From Octopus bimaculoides (lineage: Eukaryota), in contig NC_068982.1 of the NCBI RefSeq assembly GCF_001194135.2, positions 182,823,767 to 182,861,842 of the forward strand: a DNA stretch of 38,076 nt, in the 5' to 3' direction. Below, piece by piece: positions 33,572 through 38,076 of the stretch. The notes below the pieces were generated by a model, which was not told where the DNA came from, ran no database searches, and worked only from the letters and a program-made list of their open reading frames with translations. How positions within the stretch are numbered: the first letter of the stretch is position 1; each line of letters opens with the position of its first letter. The translations under genes and the position numbers were made by a program.

Positions 33572-34776
33572 GACAAAATAATGGAAACACCTTAAAATTT
33601 CAAACAAATTTATTTTGATATGGGGTAGGACCGCCTTTGGTAGTAATTACAGCTTGAATGCTACAAAGTATGGGCTCGTACAAAGTATGAATTGTTTCGA
33701 AACGAATTTTTGTCCATTTTTCAGCTAAACAGTCTCCAGTTCTTGTAGTGATGATGGTGGAGGATATAGACTTCTTTAATATTGAAATCTGGGAACTTTG
33801 GCGGCTAGATAAGATATTCAACTTCACTTCAAGGTTCCTCGTGCCATTCAGTAACAGCTTTAGCTGTGTGAATTGGTGCATTATCATCCTGAAAGATTGC
33901 GTTTTCCCCGGAAACAGTTCCGCTACCATAGGATAAATTTGATCAGATAAAATGCTTAAATAGTCTTGACTATCAATTCTGACATGAAGGGAAACCATTG
34001 GACCGGCGTATTTCCAAGATATAGGCCCCCACATCATCACAGAACCTCCTGTAAGTTTAACAGTTGGAAGAAGGCAGTCTGGGTCAAATGCTTTTTTTAG
34101 GTGTATCCACATGTATACACAGCCGGTGGTCGAAAATAAGGTAAAGTATGACTCGTTTGAGAAAATAACATTCTTCCACTGTTCTGGAGGCCAATTCTGT
34201 AGGTAATTACTCCGCTCTAGACGTTCTGCAACGTTTGTTTTTGAAAGTAGCGGTTTTCTTATTGCAGCCCTCCCATGAAATCCGGCTTTGTGCAGCTCCC
34301 GGCGAACAGTTTTTTCTGAAAATTGGGCTCTCGAGGTGGTCATTAAGCTTCGCAGGAATTTTGGGAGCTGTACTTTTGTGAAACTTTCTAACAATTCGAG
34401 TCCGACTGTTCCTATCTGAAAGTTTTGGTTTTCTTTCTGCGTTTTGTTTCGACGAGGAGGTTTTTCTCTCTTTCTCAAAGGCTATCATTACTTTCGAGAA
34501 AGTACTTCTAGACATTTCGGTTGTTTTCGTTACGCTAGCGCCTGCCATACGAGCACCAACAATTTGACCTCTTTGAAAGTCCGATAGATCTGTCATTTTA
34601 ATGAATTTTAATTACCTTTTTTCTGGTGATAAACAGTAATTTTAGCAAAACATTAAGCAACACTAATAATAAATCAAAAAACATAAAAATAAATAAGCTT
34701 TTGACGGTTTTATAGATATTTTAAGATTATGATGCTATGATACTAGGTGTTTCCATTATTTTGTCCAACCCTTGTA
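33572..34776 (-). mobile_element. Tc1-like (IS630-Tc1-mariner, DD34E) DNA transposon, defective
   Basis: TIR aggtgtttccattattttgtccaacccttg (34745-34774) is followed by TA. The inner 21 bp (gacaaaataatggaaacacct) recur inverted at 33572-33592, and a transposase pseudogene lies inside. Confidence 0.9.
33600..34596 (-). pseudogene. Tc1 transposase pseudogene
   Basis: MTDLSDFQRGQIVGARMAGASVTK (HTH), a frameshift near 34320, then KTVRRELHKAGFHGRAAIRKPLL...WKNVIFSNES (first catalytic D reads N)...GGSVMMWG. A further frameshift leads to FQDDNAPIH and PKFPDFNIKE (PQSPDLNPIE-like) with stops, and a C-terminal GGPTPY. Confidence 0.9.
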
Positions 34777-34791
34777 TATATATACATATAT

Positions 34792-34829
<38 letters not shown>

Positions 34830-35795
34830 GGATGGATGGCTGGATGGCTGGTTGGATGGGTGGGTAGGTAGTTAGGTAAGTAGGAAGGAGGTGGTGGGTG
34901 GGTGGATAGATAGATAGATAGATAGATAGATTTCAAATTCCTTGATATATATGCTAATCGTTTTGACGATTAGTCTATTCCGTCTCATATCAGCACTGGT
35001 CTATAGATGCTTATACGCATGCATTTATATTTATATTTATATTTATATTTTTGTATATGTATAATTTATATGTGCTAATATTGACAGAGCATCAATTATT
35101 CGACCAACAGAATTTAAACGGATAGGATGAATATCTTCCCTCTCACATCATTTCTTTTATATGCTCCACATACACTCTCTCCAACTTTTGTACCTCTTGA
35201 ATTTTGAGACGCTATGGTTTACCCTATTCTCTAGCATGGTGATACTAACAACCTGGTATAAAATACACGTGTGCTTGTGAACGAAACATTAGTCGGGTAC
35301 AGAGGGGTAATAAGAAAGGAATGAGAATAAGACATGACTAAGAAATAAATGATTATCTTATGAACTTCATTAGCTTATAACACATACTATTATATAGAAA
35401 CGCACATACACGCATACACACACAAGCATACACACATATACTGGCCCCCTTGGACGATCAGACCGATTTCATTAGTCATACAACAGATCATTATTTGTCG
35501 AGCTGCTAAGTAACTCGAAATACAGACACAACATAAACAACACTGTTTTGGAGACTCGTGTAAACATAAACACCAACTAAGAACGATGAAACAAAAGCTT
35601 TGATATGGTTAGACATCCGAAGAGAGCAGAGATATTCACTACATCAAACCAACAGAACATTGCAGTATTACAGGCCACATTATGAACACTCTGAGTGTCT
35701 TTGCAGTTCAAGAATCTGTGTTTTCCAATACACAATTTTGTCAACTGATATAAAAGGCAGCTGCAATACACTAGGTGATCTTTTGTAGTTTATCG

Positions 35796-35995
35796 TTTAC
35801 CTGCTTCAGACATTGGACTGCGGCCATGCTGGGGCACCACCTTGACAGGTTTAGTTGGACAAATCGATCCCAGCACATGATATTAAAAGCCTCGTAGTTA
35901 CTCTATCGTCTCCTTTTCCCCAAATGTTAGGTAACGAGGACGTAAACAAACCAATACTGGTTGTCAACCGGTGATGGAAGACAAACACAAAGGTG
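35796..35995 (-). mobile_element. SINE (family B) 3' half
   Basis: tttacctgcttcagacattggactgcggccatgctggggcacc...gttaggtaacgaggacgtaaacaaacc...ggttgtcaa. Confidence 0.75.
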
Positions 35996-36383
35996 CCTAC
36001 ACATGGATACACACACTCAAATGCATATATATATATATATATATATATATGTGCCCGACATATGTATAATAATAATACGAATCCATGGATGGAATTTATG
36101 AGTATTTCAATGCATAACTATGCGCGTTTCCACAAATTACCTATTTCTTACGACCATAGTCCGTATTCCTGGGACAATTACAGTCTATAATTACTGTCGT
36201 AATTTACATTGAAATCGGATGTGACTTAGTTCATGTGTTCATATATCCAGGCGCCATTACGGATATTACGAATATTATGGACTGGACTTTAATCATCCCA
36301 GGAGTACGGACCATGATCGTAAGAAACATGCAGCATGTGGAAACGCGCGAAGCGATGCATTAAAGTATTTATAACTTACATCC

Positions 36384-36940
36384 ATTATTATTGTGTGAGA
36401 GAGCTGTGCATGCCATCAAAGTGCCACTGGGTTAAAATATGCGAAGCCCACTATACCCACCATGACTACCCGTGCGATAAGGGTACACCAGGCAAATGCA
36501 TCACAATTAGATGTGCGTGATTTGGTGATCTCATATCTAGATAAACAGCGCATGACTTTATAAGTGGGGCCCAGTTAGAATTTCTTCACGTCTAGTAGCC
36601 CCTCCCACTCAAAAGATGCTTGAACAAGGGTTGTTTAAGGATGGTGAAATAATCACCCATATTCCCAGAGGTGAATTATTCAAACCCCAAAGAATTCCTC
36701 TCAACACATGGCTATGATGCTCCTCCACTACTTCTGCATGGGATCAGAGATGCACATATCATCAGCCACCAAGGGACATGCTCAAATGGTTAAGGTCAAA
36801 TAAAAGACAAACAAATCTGTGTTATTGAGCAGTATATTTGATGTAGCCCATCTTTTATACCAAGACAAAATATGTACTTGATAACACTTCCAATGAGTTA
36901 AGATCAGAAGCCATGCGAGCCAGTACCTGGCAGTGTTTTA

Positions 36941-36943
<3 letters not shown>
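36384..36943 (-). mobile_element. Probable 3' end of a non-LTR retroelement with an (AAT)n tail, lying between TAA repeats
   Basis: The reverse complement ends ...gatggcatgcacagctctctcacacaataataat and its 5' side abuts a long (TAA)n array. I recall this tail from octopus repeats, but no coding motif is visible. Confidence 0.4.

Positions 36944-37009
<66 letters not shown>
36944..37009. repeat. (TTA)n microsatellite running into a gap
   Basis: Directly visible. Confidence 0.95.
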
Positions 37010-37256
37010 NNNNNNNNNNNNNNNNNNNNNNNNNNNNNNNNNNNNNNNNNNNNNNNNNNNNNNNNNNNNNNNNNNNNNNNNNNNNNNNNNNNNNNNNNNN
37101 NNNNNNNNNNNNNNNNNNNNNNNNNNNNNNNNNNNNNNNNNNNNNNNNNNNNNNNNNNNNNNNNNNNNNNNNNNNNNNNNNNNNNNNNNNNNNNNNNNNN
37201 NNNNNNNNNNNNNNNNNNNNNNNNNNNNNNNNNNNNNNATATATATATATATATAT

Positions 37257-37417
37257 ATACGACAGTCTTTTTACTGCTTCCGACTATCAAATCCATTCAC
37301 ACGGCTTTGGTCGGCTCAGGATTATAGTAAAAGGCATTGACTAAAGTGTTACGCAATGAGACTGAACCTGGAACCATGTAATTGACAAACAAACTTCTTA
37401 CCGAATAGACACGCCTG
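37257..37417 (-). mobile_element. SINE (family B) 5' half (tRNA-like head)
   Basis: Reverse complement ggcgtgtctattcggtaagaagtttg...catggttccaggttcagtc...ccgaccaaagccgtgtgaatggatttg. Confidence 0.7.
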
Positions 37418-37597
37418 ATGATGCTTAATGAAAACGAAACATAAACGTAGGTGTCATTGTGACAGCTAGCGACCATCAGACTAAGGATAAAAAATAGTAA
37501 TATTTGTTGATTTTATTTGATTATCTCCCTTCGTCTTTGAGATTCCTATTGGCTTTGTTCTTGTCTTTCATCTAAAAGGTTAATTTCAGTTCAAACT

Positions 37598-37765
37598 GTC
37601 CGACAACCGGTGCTGGTGCGTCTACATCCCCGTAACTTAGCGGTTCGGTGTAGGAGACCGAGTTAATAAGTGCTACGCTTTAAAATGAGTACTGAAGTTC
37701 ATACATTTGCCCAAAGATTTTTGAAGGCGGTACAACAGTCTAATGATTGAAACAAGTAAGATATA
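37598..37765 (+). mobile_element. SINE (family B) 3' half
   Basis: gacaaccggtgctggtg...ccccgtaacttagcggttcgg...aatgattgaaacaagtaaga. Confidence 0.75.
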
Positions 37766-37889
37766 TTACTCAATGCACCATCTACCTTAATTTTAAATGT
37801 GAAATTTTACTTTTAAGCAGGAATGTGTGTATATACCTCTTTCTCTGTCGACACGCGTGCTCACATACACACACAAATATGTACCTATT

Positions 37890-37933
<44 letters not shown>

Positions 37934-38032
37934 TTTCTCTCTCTCTCTCTCTCTCTATGTATATATATATGTGTGTGTGTGTGTGTATACATACGTGAGT
38001 GTGTGTATGTGTATATATATATGTATACATAC

Positions 38033-38076
<44 letters not shown>

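Larger units (their letters stand above)
5039..37238. other. Assembly gaps (N runs) at 5039-5510, 8287-8582, 9949-10049, 14181-14490, 17786-18121, 25981-26219, 28799-28808, 33250-33490 and 37010-37238
   Basis: Directly visible; most abut microsatellites or repeats. Confidence 1.

Noticed and set aside
33600-34478. 292-aa ORF as an intact transposase
   Set aside because: It is a frameshifted composite: the N-terminal HTH is in another frame, the first catalytic D is N, and the second D and the E motif are out of frame.
35460-35780. Possible LINE fragment (LIWLDIRR)
   Set aside because: Only one weak motif resemblance, which is not enough to call.

Overview
This is eukaryotic, AT-rich, microsatellite-dense draft-assembly DNA with nine N-gaps. 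The SINE families and repeat landscape look like Octopus or another coleoid cephalopod; that is recognition from memory, not a database result. There are no prokaryotic features, no CRISPR array and no rRNA, and almost all ORFs in the supplied track are microsatellite or gap artefacts. Well-supported content: many tRNA-derived SINE copies (two with clear target-site duplications), a decayed Tc1-like DD34E transposon (33572-34776), two fragments of an R4/Dong-like RLE non-LTR retrotransposon, several Penelope-like element (PLE) fragments with hammerhead-ribozyme motifs, an old RTE-like fragment, a ~660-bp foldback element, two ~90-bp hairpin elements, and a tRNA-Gly-derived copy joined to a SINE tail. 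Reading splice signals by eye also suggests a minus-strand multi-exon host gene. Four phase-compatible exons (11738 to 4387) splice into an open 136-codon Cys- and sequon-rich peptide, and a weaker chain of 21-66 nt micro-exons lies upstream. The most interesting leads are (i) both RLE fragments have their 5' junction in an (ATAC)n microsatellite, suggesting tetranucleotide targeting, (ii) a well-formed hammerhead at 11031-11080, and (iii) the unidentified small-exon gene. None is confirmed without searches or RNA data.
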